Shown in pieces: positions 1 through 8,100 of a stretch of DNA of 32,331 bases. Under the pieces are notes generated by a model that searched no databases, was not told the origin of the DNA, and was given only the letters and a program-made list of their open reading frames with translations. How positions within the stretch are numbered: the first letter of the stretch is position 1; every line of letters starts with the position of its first letter. Source of the DNA: Candidatus Uhrbacteria bacterium. GTDB taxonomy: Bacteria; Patescibacteriota; Patescibacteriia; JACQRZ01. Made by a program: the position numbers and the translations under genes. Where the stretch lies: NCBI GenBank assembly GCA_016206235.1, contig JACQRZ010000015.1:1-32331 (forward strand), given 5' to 3'.

Positions 1-486
1 GAGCAGACACTGCTCGTTCGCTTCTCCTCGTCCTTCGAACCAGTCATGGTACGATCCGTCGTACTGCAGCATCTCACCAAACGCATCTTTTCTTTTTCGC
101 CATGAATGGTGCTCAGACTTACTCTTGTTTTTGCGAGGATTCCACAGACCCTCGACTATCTGGATTGCACGGATGGTTTTGGGATCATGGACGATGCCAT
201 GAATCTCAGAGAGTTTTTCTGCAGCAAAGGTGGGACCGAAGTCGGGGTACTTCTTGTGAAGAAGATCTGCGATCTTCTTTTTCTCTTTTTCGGGCACCCG
301 GTGGTGCCCGGGTTTTCCGCGGTTACCGTGGACGAGACCGGCAGGGCCGTGTGCTGCGAATCTCTTTTTTAAGGTGCGAACCTGGCGTTTTGTGAGCGAG
401 AGAAGCTCTGCTGCTTTGGTGCCGTTCATTTCTTTTCTCTGCAATCTGCCGAGCACATCTACTCGGTCAATTTCCTTTTGTGACAT
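1..486 (-). CDS. DDE transposase, N-terminal part (ISNCY/IS1202-like); the gene runs off the left edge of the window
   Basis: Absent from the ORF track because there is no stop inside the window. The ATG is the reverse complement of 484-486, and the frame stays open to base 1. Translation: MSQKEIDRVDVLGRLQRKEMNGTKAAELLSLTKRQVRTLKKRFAAHGPAGLVHGNRGKPGHHRVPEKEKKKIADLLHKKYPDFGPTFAAEKLSEIHGIVHDPKTIRAIQIVEGLWNPRKNKSKSEHHSWRKRKDAFGEMLQYDGSYHDWFEGRGEANEQCLL. It has an N-terminal HTH followed by the FGEMxQxDGSxHxWFEGRG...CLL entry into an rve/DDE core. I recall this layout for ISNCY-family transposases. Confidence 0.8.
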   Translation of the reverse strand, partial: MSQKEIDRVDVLGRLQRKEMNGTKAAELLSLTKRQVRTLKKRFAAHGPAGLVHGNRGKPGHHRVPEKEKKKIADLLHKKYPDFGPTFAAEKLSEIHGIVHDPKTIRAIQIVEGLWNPRKNKSKSEHHSWRKRKDAFGEMLQYDGSYHDWFEGRGEANEQCLL

Positions 487-500
487 AGTGAGGGTCATAC

Positions 501-580
501 TGGAACCATGATGAATCATGGTTCCATCCTACCAGGGGTAGGAAGTTTTAATTTCCCTCAACTAGGAAGTTATCATTTCC
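501..580. repeat. Perfect 11-bp hairpin (TGGAACCATGA-tgaa-TCATGGTTCCA, 501-526) followed by two direct 18-nt sub-repeats TAGGAAGTTwTmATTTCC (539-556, 563-580), each internally palindromic (GGAA..TTCC)
   Basis: Read directly from the sequence. The repeats lie 15-95 nt upstream of the transposase ATG on the minus strand. Confidence 0.85.
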
Positions 581-658
581 GTGGGACAGGAAAAAAATGT
601 ATATAGTATTTAGTGCTTGGTATTTAGTATTAAAGGAGAAAGGGTTTTCGTTTTAAAT

Positions 659-692
659 AAAAAAAAGCTCCTTCAGAATTTCTGAAAGAGCT
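659..692 (-). terminator. Intrinsic terminator of the minus-strand gene 719-1315
   Basis: 11-bp stem 666-676 / 682-692 (AGCTCCTTCAG / CTGAAAGAGCT) with a 5-nt loop. The single C:A mismatch on the plus strand becomes G:U in the minus-sense RNA. The stem is followed in the minus sense by a U-run (plus-strand A-run 659-666). Confidence 0.8.
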
Positions 693-718
693 CACCAAAT
701 AACCCTCAATACCAACTA

Positions 719-1315
719 CTATATACTACATACTAAATACCCCACGTTAGATCCGATCAGCTCGGACAATAGGTTCTTGGTGAAGACCTGATGGGTCGAT
801 ATGTCCTGCTCCGAAAAGTTCGCCTGTGTGTTGAAGCGCATTTCGTATATCTGACCATTTTGAACCCGGGTTTTTTTGATATACAACGCCACGATGCCAG
901 CAACATGCGGAGCCGCCATACTGGTTCCATTCATAGAGCAGTAGGCGCTTCCTCTACATGTGGAGTAGACGTTTACGCCTGGCCCACCAATGTCAACCAC
1001 AGAGCCGTAGCTACTGAATCGTGCAAAAGTGTCGTCTGCGCCTTGGGAGGTGGCAGAACCTTTGCCGCCTGCTCCATATGATTGTGATACCAGCATCGCG
1101 CGCTTTACAGATTGAGCAATGGAGGTAATGGCGTCGGAGTAATTCGGAACGTCGTCGTTAAAGACGACGATGTAGCGATTCTTAATGATTTCAGAACTTG
1201 AGTCTTGTACATCATACGAATCGGGAGGAGTAAGAGCGATTGCCGGCAAGACATTCGAAAAGAAAAAAAGAGAAAGAAGCGGTAGGGCAATGGCTCGTGA
1301 AAGACCATTCTTCAT
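719..1315 (-). pseudogene. Subtilisin (peptidase S8) remnant: signal peptide, start of an I9-like propeptide, then only the C-terminal Ser-box region. The Asp and His boxes are missing.
   Basis: The 198-aa ORF has a signal peptide (LPLLSLFFFSNVLPAIA) and a propeptide-like RYIVVFNDDVP. It then jumps directly to FARFSSYGSVVDIGGPGVNVYS...MNGTSMAAPHVAGIVALY, the S8 catalytic Ser box. No D(T/S)G or HGTH box is present, and the length is about half of a propeptide plus S8 domain. The last 7 codons (GYLVCSI) are read from the intergenic repeat arm 722-741. Confidence 0.6.
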
Positions 1316-1550
1316 ACATCTTATTCATATTCATGACTAAGATGTGAAGAAAATTTTTAAGGCACGACAAAAAACGCGATGAATAATCGTTTTTAAAAGC
1401 GACAAGCTTCTTTAAAGACGAGACGTATTCAATATCAAAAGAGATTTTTGTACCTACAGAACACTGCGTAAAGAGCTCTGCATTTTTCGTTCACAAAACC
1501 ACACTAGAGGTAATACGCCTGCTAAACGGGTTTTGTTTTACTACTTACAA

Positions 1551-2135
1551 CTATTTAATGATTTTATCAACAAGACCATAGCTGAGCGCTTCTTCGGCCA
1601 TAAGGAAATAGTCGCGCTCTGTGTCTTTTTCAATTTTTTCAAATGGTTGCCCCGTGTGCTTAGCGAGAATATCGTTGAGCCGTTTTTTGATTCGTAATAT
1701 ATGCTCAGAACGAATTTTTATATCCGTTGCTTGGCCTTCAAATCCACCCATTACTTGGTGAATCATGACTTCGGAGTTGGGAAGTACAAAGCGCTTGCCT
1801 TTCTGTCCTGCTGCGAGCAGCACGGCGCCCATAGATGCTGCCATGCCAATGCAAATGGTTGAGACATCGGGTTTGATGTACTGCATAGTATCGTAAATGG
1901 CAAGCCCTGCTGTTACCGAGCCGCCAGGAGAGTTGATATAGAGCTTAATATCTTTTTCCTTATCTTCACTTTCAAGGAAGAGCAGTTGTGCAATAATCGT
2001 ATTGGCAATATTGTCATCAATAGCATCGCCCAAGAAGACAATGCGTTCTTTGAGTAGGCGAGAGTAGATATCGTATGCCCGTTCGCCGCCATGTGTTTTT
2101 TCAATAACGGTTGGGATGAGTTGATAGTTTTTCAT
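1551..2135 (-). CDS. clpP: ATP-dependent Clp protease proteolytic subunit
   Basis: 194 aa. Motifs [37 protein letters not shown] (catalytic Ser), MIHQ (His) and DTERDYF (Asp). Confidence 0.95.
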   Translation of the reverse strand: MKNYQLIPTVIEKTHGGERAYDIYSRLLKERIVFLGDAIDDNIANTIIAQLLFLESEDKEKDIKLYINSPGGSVTAGLAIYDTMQYIKPDVSTICIGMAASMGAVLLAAGQKGKRFVLPNSEVMIHQVMGGFEGQATDIKIRSEHILRIKKRLNDILAKHTGQPFEKIEKDTERDYFLMAEEALSYGLVDKIIK

Positions 2136-2140
2136 ATCGA

Positions 2141-2206
2141 GGGTTTAGGGTTTAGGGTTTAGGGTTTAGGGTTTGAACTATACCCTATACCCTACACGCT
2201 ATACCC
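2141..2206. repeat. Periodic hairpin: (GGGTTTA)x5 (2141-2175, last copy GGGTTTG), AAC, then TATACCC/TATACCC/TACACGC/TATACCC (2179-2206)
   Basis: Read directly. It fills the entire rbfA-stop to clpP-start spacer. Confidence 0.9.
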
Positions 2207-2544
2207 TAATTTTCATGATTGATTATATCAAAAATTTCTTCAACCTGCTCAGTTTCATCTTGGACGTTTTTTACAAACGATATGCGTGGTACGTAATGCA
2301 TCTCGAGCGTGTGGTTAAGTGTATCTTGAATATGTCCAGCTGATTTTTTGAGCTGTTTTAAAACGCTACCAGTATATTTTTCCGGTGTTACTGCAATAGA
2401 AACGGTCGCGTGCTTAAGATCGCCAGTCGCTTTCACCTTTGTTATAGTGACGATTGAATTTTTTGGAAATTCTAGCTCACGGACAAGAATGTTGCCCAAC
2501 TCTTGTTTGAGCAGCTCTTGTACTTTTAAAAGACGGTCAGACAT
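2206..2544 (-). CDS. rbfA: Ribosome-binding factor A
   Basis: 112 aa with a typical RbfA N-terminus (R..KVQELLKQELGNIL...EF) and the conserved position immediately downstream of infB. Confidence 0.85.
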   Translation of the reverse strand: MSDRLLKVQELLKQELGNILVRELEFPKNSIVTITKVKATGDLKHATVSIAVTPEKYTGSVLKQLKKSAGHIQDTLNHTLEMHYVPRISFVKNVQDETEQVEEIFDIINHEN

Positions 2545-2545
2545 A

Positions 2546-2611
2546 TGAGTGGTAAGTGATCAGTGTTGAGTGGAAAGACTCTCGTCACTATTCACTCGAC
2601 ACTCGTCACTC
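2546..2611. repeat. Periodic hairpin of the GAGTG/CACTC type, between infB stop and rbfA start
   Basis: Arm 2546-2574 (GAGTGgtaAGTGatcAGTGttGAGTGG) faces arm 2581-2611 (CTCGTCACTattCACTCgaCACTCgtCACTC). The 4-5 bp cores recur at ~8-nt period with mismatched spacers. Confidence 0.8.
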
Positions 2612-2613
2612 CG

Positions 2614-4608
2614 TTATTCAAGTGTTCTTTGGATTTTTTCCTCTTTGTAGGCGCGGACAATATCACCCACTTGTGCGAGAGGTCTTCCTTCAAGACGCAT
2701 ACCAATCTCTTGTCCTGACTCAGCTCGAGGTATTTCCTGCTTACCTGATTGCAGTCGTGCAATTTTTGCTTCCGTTACCACCATATCATTACGTACGATG
2801 TGAACCTTATTTTTTGGTTCAAGCGTGCCTTCAAGCACAACACCGCCAACGATTTGAGCATTGCTTTCTGTGCGAAAGACTGCCAAAATTTTTACACTTC
2901 CAAGTACGGTTCGAGAAATTTCTGGGGCAAGCAACTCCTCAATGCGTGTCTTGACATCATCAAGAAGTTCATAAATGATCTTGTAGATTTTGATTTCAAC
3001 GTTTTTTTCTGATGCGAGCTGTGCCGCGCTGGAGGTGGCAGTTACATGAAACCCGGCGATAAACGCTTTTGTTGCTTCAGCGCGTAGCACGTCTGCTGAC
3101 GTGACAGCGCCAAGATCCTTTGAAATAATTTTTACCTTTACTTCAGGGTTGTCGATCTTAAAGAGCGCGTTTGCGATTGCCTCCAGCGATCCAAGCGTAT
3201 CTGTTTTGAGTATGAGGTTTACTGCCTTTTCACCTTCTTTGCGCGATTCGGCGCGCGGTGAAACAACAACAGCACCGGATGAGATTTTTCTACCTTCTTT
3301 TTCAACTGTTTTTGGCAAGGTTTTCATGCCAAATACAATATATCCAACGACTGGCGCTTGTTTGAAGCCGATAATTTTGACTGGCTGGCTTGGCAGTGCG
3401 TGGGCAAGAGATTTGCCAAGATGATCTTTCATGGCGCGAACTTTGCCGTAGTAGATGTTATCAATAACCAAATGATCGTTTTGCGAGAGCTGGCCATTTT
3501 GCACAAGAATAGTTGCAACCGGACCTTCGTTTTTGTCGATATGCGACTCAATCACCGTGCCAACTGTAGTGCCTTTGGGGTGAGCAAGAATTTTTTCTTT
3601 TTCCATGTCCGCAACAAGCAGGATCATATCTAGGAGGTCATCGATGCCAGTGCCTTCTTTTGCAGAGACCCCTACGCACGTTGTCTTTCCGCCCCAATCC
3701 TCTGGAATGAGGCCATGGTCTGAAAGTTCGCGTTTGACCCGCTCGAGATTGGCGTCGGGCTTATCGATCTTGTTGATAGCAACAAGAAGGGGAATGCCTG
3801 CCGCTTTGATGATTTTTATCGCCTCAACGGTTTGCGGTTTTACGCCATCGTCTGCGGCAACGACCAAGATAGCAATGTCAGCGATTTTTGCTCCTCTGGA
3901 GCGCATAGTGGTAAACGCTTCGTGGCCGGGCGTGTCAATAAAGGTAATAATGTGATCCTCGTTCGTGCCTTTTCGTTTTTTGGTAACTTGGTAGGCACCA
4001 ATGTGTTGGGTAATACCGCCTGATTCAGAGGCAATAACATTGGCTGAACGGATTTTGTCAAGGAGTGTTGTTTTGCCATGATCAACATGCCCCATAATCA
4101 CAGTAACCGGAGGGCGGTGAATAAGTGATTCTTTTTTCTCTGCTGCCAACACCTCCTTAATAGGGTCGGCTAGTGTGATGAAATCTTCCCCGCCTTCCTC
4201 TTCTTGTTTTTTTTCAGGAACAAAACCTAAATCTTCAGCAATAATAGCCGCGGTGTCGTAGTCGATTTTTTCGTTGAGCGCGGCTAAAATGCCGTTATTC
4301 ATGAGCGTTTTAATAAGTTTTGTTACTGGAATATTGAGTGCAACAGCAAAATCGCGAACAGTTATTACTGCCGACAGCTCCACGCGTGGCTTCACCGTTG
4401 GTTCAGGAGCAGAGGTTTGTTCCTGCACGTCAGGAGATTTTTTAATGAGAAGGTGTTGGTATTGGCTCCAGTTTTTAATAATCTTTGAGGCAAGCGAATC
4501 GTCAATTTTAATTGCGCGTTGCCCCACATCAAAGCCCATCTGCGGCAATACTTCGTGCAGTTGGCTAGTGGTAATCTTCAATTTTCGCGCAAGTTCGCTG
4601 ATGTTCAT
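2614..4608 (-). CDS. infB: Translation initiation factor IF-2
   Basis: 664 aa. G-domain motifs GHVDHGKTTLLD, DTPGHEAF and NKID, plus the C-terminal IF-2 domains. Confidence 0.97.
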   Translation of the reverse strand: MNISELARKLKITTSQLHEVLPQMGFDVGQRAIKIDDSLASKIIKNWSQYQHLLIKKSPDVQEQTSAPEPTVKPRVELSAVITVRDFAVALNIPVTKLIKTLMNNGILAALNEKIDYDTAAIIAEDLGFVPEKKQEEEGGEDFITLADPIKEVLAAEKKESLIHRPPVTVIMGHVDHGKTTLLDKIRSANVIASESGGITQHIGAYQVTKKRKGTNEDHIITFIDTPGHEAFTTMRSRGAKIADIAILVVAADDGVKPQTVEAIKIIKAAGIPLLVAINKIDKPDANLERVKRELSDHGLIPEDWGGKTTCVGVSAKEGTGIDDLLDMILLVADMEKEKILAHPKGTTVGTVIESHIDKNEGPVATILVQNGQLSQNDHLVIDNIYYGKVRAMKDHLGKSLAHALPSQPVKIIGFKQAPVVGYIVFGMKTLPKTVEKEGRKISSGAVVVSPRAESRKEGEKAVNLILKTDTLGSLEAIANALFKIDNPEVKVKIISKDLGAVTSADVLRAEATKAFIAGFHVTATSSAAQLASEKNVEIKIYKIIYELLDDVKTRIEELLAPEISRTVLGSVKILAVFRTESNAQIVGGVVLEGTLEPKNKVHIVRNDMVVTEAKIARLQSGKQEIPRAESGQEIGMRLEGRPLAQVGDIVRAYKEEKIQRTLE

Positions 4609-4613
4609 CGACA

Positions 4614-4676
4614 GAGTGTTAAGTGGAGAGTGTTAAGTGGAGAGTGTGGGCCACTCATCACTCTTCACTCATTAAC
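4614..4676. repeat. Periodic hairpin: (GAGTGTTAAGTGGA)x2.4 at 4614-4646, complementary arm at 4651-4676. Same family as 28538-28615, in inverted orientation.
   Basis: 14-nt units at 4614-4627 and 4628-4641, then a partial unit at 4642-4646. The reverse complement matches 28581-28613 at 31 of 33 positions. Confidence 0.9.
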
Positions 4677-4792
4677 TAATATGATTGATAGTATGCGTAA
4701 AAATAAGGAAAATGTCAATTCAAGGATTGTTGTTGATCTTTTATTTTCGTGATAATCTTACAATGGATGTGTTCAAATCATAACCTCATAGT

Positions 4793-5128
4793 ATGACCAC
4801 TCAGCAACTTTTACAGGTTAACATTATCGACGAACTCGGGCTTTCAGCATTGCCCGATGATCAAAAGACTCAACTTGTGGCTCAAATCACGACAATCGTC
4901 CAAAAGTCGGTTATGATCAGGATTTACGACGCCTTACGCAAGCAAGACAAAAACGCGCTCAATGCGCTTGTCGAAGAAAAAGGCGTTGAAGACTCATCGG
5001 TCATCGCATTTATTCAAGAAAAAGTACCTGATCTCGGAAAAATATTTGAAGAAGAGATTGCGAATGTGAAGCGAGAGTTGATTGAACAAGTGAAGGGAAA
5101 GAAAAAGACTTCAACTAAAAAGAAGTAG
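4793..5128 (+). CDS. Small acidic hypothetical protein with a Lys-rich tail. Its stop lies 3 nt before the giant ORF.
   Basis: 111 aa: IIDELGLSALPDDQKTQLVAQITTIVQKSV... ending KGKKKTSTKKK. The N-terminus resembles a small-protein family I associate with Patescibacteria, but I cannot name it with certainty. Confidence 0.6.
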   Translation: MTTQQLLQVNIIDELGLSALPDDQKTQLVAQITTIVQKSVMIRIYDALRKQDKNALNALVEEKGVEDSSVIAFIQEKVPDLGKIFEEEIANVKRELIEQVKGKKKTSTKKK

Positions 5129-5131
5129 TGT

Positions 5132-8100
5132 ATGGCACGAGTAGAAGGACAAAAATTAAGGATTGATGAAGAAGCTCTTCGGCAGCATCGCGCACTTGAT
5201 AAGCTCGGAGTTCCGAATCCTGACTTATCCGACTTGGAAAGACAAAAGCCGGGACCTGAGGGGCTTTTTGAAGACGCAAAAGAAGCAGTAAAAACTGCCC
5301 TTGAACGGATGAAAACGATTGGTCGTGTTGCCGATGGTATGGAAAAAAGCGTTGATGCAACAGCCATGCTTAAAGGAATACCAGAAAATATCTACAAAGG
5401 ATGGAAATTTCTTGGCGATATCAATCTTTACAATGACTACCTTAAGCGGGCAGAAGAGGGTAAGGGAGGTACATCTCTTTTTGAAAAAGCATTGTTTGCC
5501 GAACTTATCAAACAAAATACTGATACAGAACACAAAGGTACGTATACAAAGGAACAACTTCAGCAATATCTCAACGAACATTTTGTCGAGTCAGTGGTTT
5601 TGAGATTTCTTTCAGTGCGTAGCTGTATCGGCTTTGGCTTAATGGGTGGCGCAGGAATACTCGGGGCATTAACCGGAGCGATTGAAGGCGCATCGATAAC
5701 AAAAAAAATTGTTGACGGTGTTCGTGGTGGTTTTAGGGCAACTGGCGCTGTTATTGCCACGCATGATTTTAAGAAAGCATACGATACTCAATGGGTTGTT
5801 GAGACAACGGAGTTTTTAGAGCTTCAACGTGATGTTGAAGACTTGAAAGCGTATGGCAAAAAACGCGGTGAATCTCAAGATGGAATAAACGAGGCAGTGG
5901 AAGGCTATTTGCGGGGAGAATTCCGAGCAAAAGCAGAAAAGCGCGGTGTTGGGCTTATAGCAGCTGCAACAGATGCCATTGGCAAAAAGGTGACAGGAAA
6001 AGAAAAAACGGAACAGCAGCTGAATACAGATATCCAAAAGATTGCCGACAAGATGTACAAGCAGTATCGGGATCGCGAAAAGAAGCTGGAAGATCCAAAA
6101 GAAATACAGAAACTCTATACTGAACTCAATGCAGTTGCACAGCAGTGGAAGTTTGGCAGAGAAGAGTTGCCAGCAAAAGACACGAAAGCGGCGACAATCC
6201 AAAAAGAAGGTATTGAATCTAGAAATCAGACTGCAGAAAAGATCGATGCGCTAACACAGGAATATAAACAAGTTCTTGGATGTAGCTTTAATCTAGAAAG
6301 TGCAGTCGATAAACGGCTACGAGCGCGTAAAATCGAGCATCTAGCCGCCGTGGCTGGCGCTGGTACAGCGGCATTTTTTGCGCCTGAAATTATCAAAGGA
6401 TTGAGAGGCGGTTGGGAGTTTGTTGCAGGGAAGCTCTGGTCTGGAGCGCATGAGCAGATGGTAGAGCAGGCGAATCCCCCCGTTGCTGTAGTTGAGTCAA
6501 AAACAATTTCTACCCCAAAGCCCGAGATCAACATGGATCTGAATAAACATGGTACAGGCTTAACATATGCGGAAACCGCTTTTAGACAATATCAAGCAAA
6601 CCCAAAAGTGTTTGGAGGTAAGACACCTGAAGAAGTATTGCGATACATTGCGCACAGTCAAGTGGGAGATAGGGGTTTTGCTGCAGAAAATCAGTTCGCC
6701 AAAGATCTCCATAGTCTTAAAATGATGCCGGGTCAGACTATCTCATGGAATGGTGATTCGGGTGATTATGTTACATTTGAGACCCCGAAGTCTGCAACTC
6801 CGCCGCCAACACCAGGGCCAGAAGCTGCGCCAACACCTCCTCAAACACCGGCGCCAACAACACAGCCAACAAGCACGCCGTTTCAGCCTGCTGTTGCGAG
6901 TGGAAGTCCCACCCCATCTCCGACTCCTGACATGTCAGGGAAAGGATGGGGTACAGGAAGAGAATTTACTGGCCAGAATCCTGAAGTAAGTGCTGTACAA
7001 CCAGAGGAAAAAGGAATTGGCAGGGCTATTCGTGATTGGTGGCACGATTTAACACGAGATCGCGTATCGGGCGCAAAGCCCATTTCTTCTGGCAAAGGCT
7101 GGGGTACCGGTGCCACATACAAAGGCATTAATCCTGACTATCCGGAAAATGTTTCTTCTAGCTTGTCTTCTTCAGGAAGTGAGGCTGTGAAGCCAAGAAG
7201 TTTGTCTGGCGCTGAACAATTGGCAAAGCCAACCGCAGGATTTCCTGGCGAAACTGATCATAGTTTTCCCGACGAGCGTGGTTTTGGGACAGGAGCAACA
7301 TACAAAGGTATCAACCCGGATTATCCAGAACAAATCGATACGCGCTCAGATTTTGAAAAAGGTTGGGGGACAGGCGCAACGTATAAAGGACTTAATCCAG
7401 AGTATGATACAAGAAATGACGTGCCAGATGGAAGAGGCTGGGGAACTGGTCGCACGTATACGGGACCAAATCCAGACGCTTCTAATCAAGAAGCGTGGAA
7501 TGAACCGCAAAAAGTCAGTGTATCGCCAGAGGCAAAAACACCATACGGGCCACCTGTGCAGCCTGAGATGTCAAAAGTTGATCCTGAACTTGTAAAGATT
7601 GCTGTTGCAGCTGAGCAGGCTCATGGCTCTACAATAAAAGTGCTTGTTGAGCAATTGGACAAAACAGGAAAAATTGATTTTGGTAAGACACCAGCTCGGA
7701 CATTCATGGATATAGAAAGATTATGGTCGATTTCTCGCCTAAAAGATCCATCAGATTTTAATGACTTCGATAAGATGGTGCAAAGAGCGCATAAATATGG
7801 ATTCGATCATTTGACTGAAAAAGGTGTACATAAAGTTGATTTCGACGGGAATATGACGATTAAAGAGGCGATTACCAAGGCGTATAGTGAAAATCCGCAA
7901 GCGTTTGGTGGTAAGAATTTTAATCAAGTTTTCCATGATTTAGCCAGACAGTACGGCATATATCCTCCTGAACGACTTCCATCTGAAACGAACGCGACTT
8001 ATCTTACGCGATTACATGCGTTTAACGCCGAGATTCAAAACAAGATTGGAGATATAAAAATGCCAAATGGTCAGCACTTGTACTATTCTTCAAGCAAGGA

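Larger units (their letters stand above)
1..598 (-). mobile_element. Left-window insertion sequence (partial). The outer end is probably within ~490-600, but the exact terminus is not determinable.
   Basis: Transposase ORF plus a structured ~100 nt leader (perfect hairpin 501-526, two 18-nt sub-repeats 539-556 and 563-580). No second IS end lies in the window, so the terminal inverted repeat cannot be defined. Confidence 0.45.

Noticed and set aside
102-395. Plus-strand ORFs 102-395 and 106-372
   Set aside because: They are antisense to a minus-strand frame with clear transposase motifs, and their translations show no recognisable features.
2141-2175. (TTTAGGG)5 looks like a plant-type telomere repeat
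   Set aside because: It is internal to a dense bacterial operon between rbfA and clpP. It is paired with a complementary TATACCC arm, like the other spacer hairpins, and is only 35 nt long. The resemblance is coincidental.
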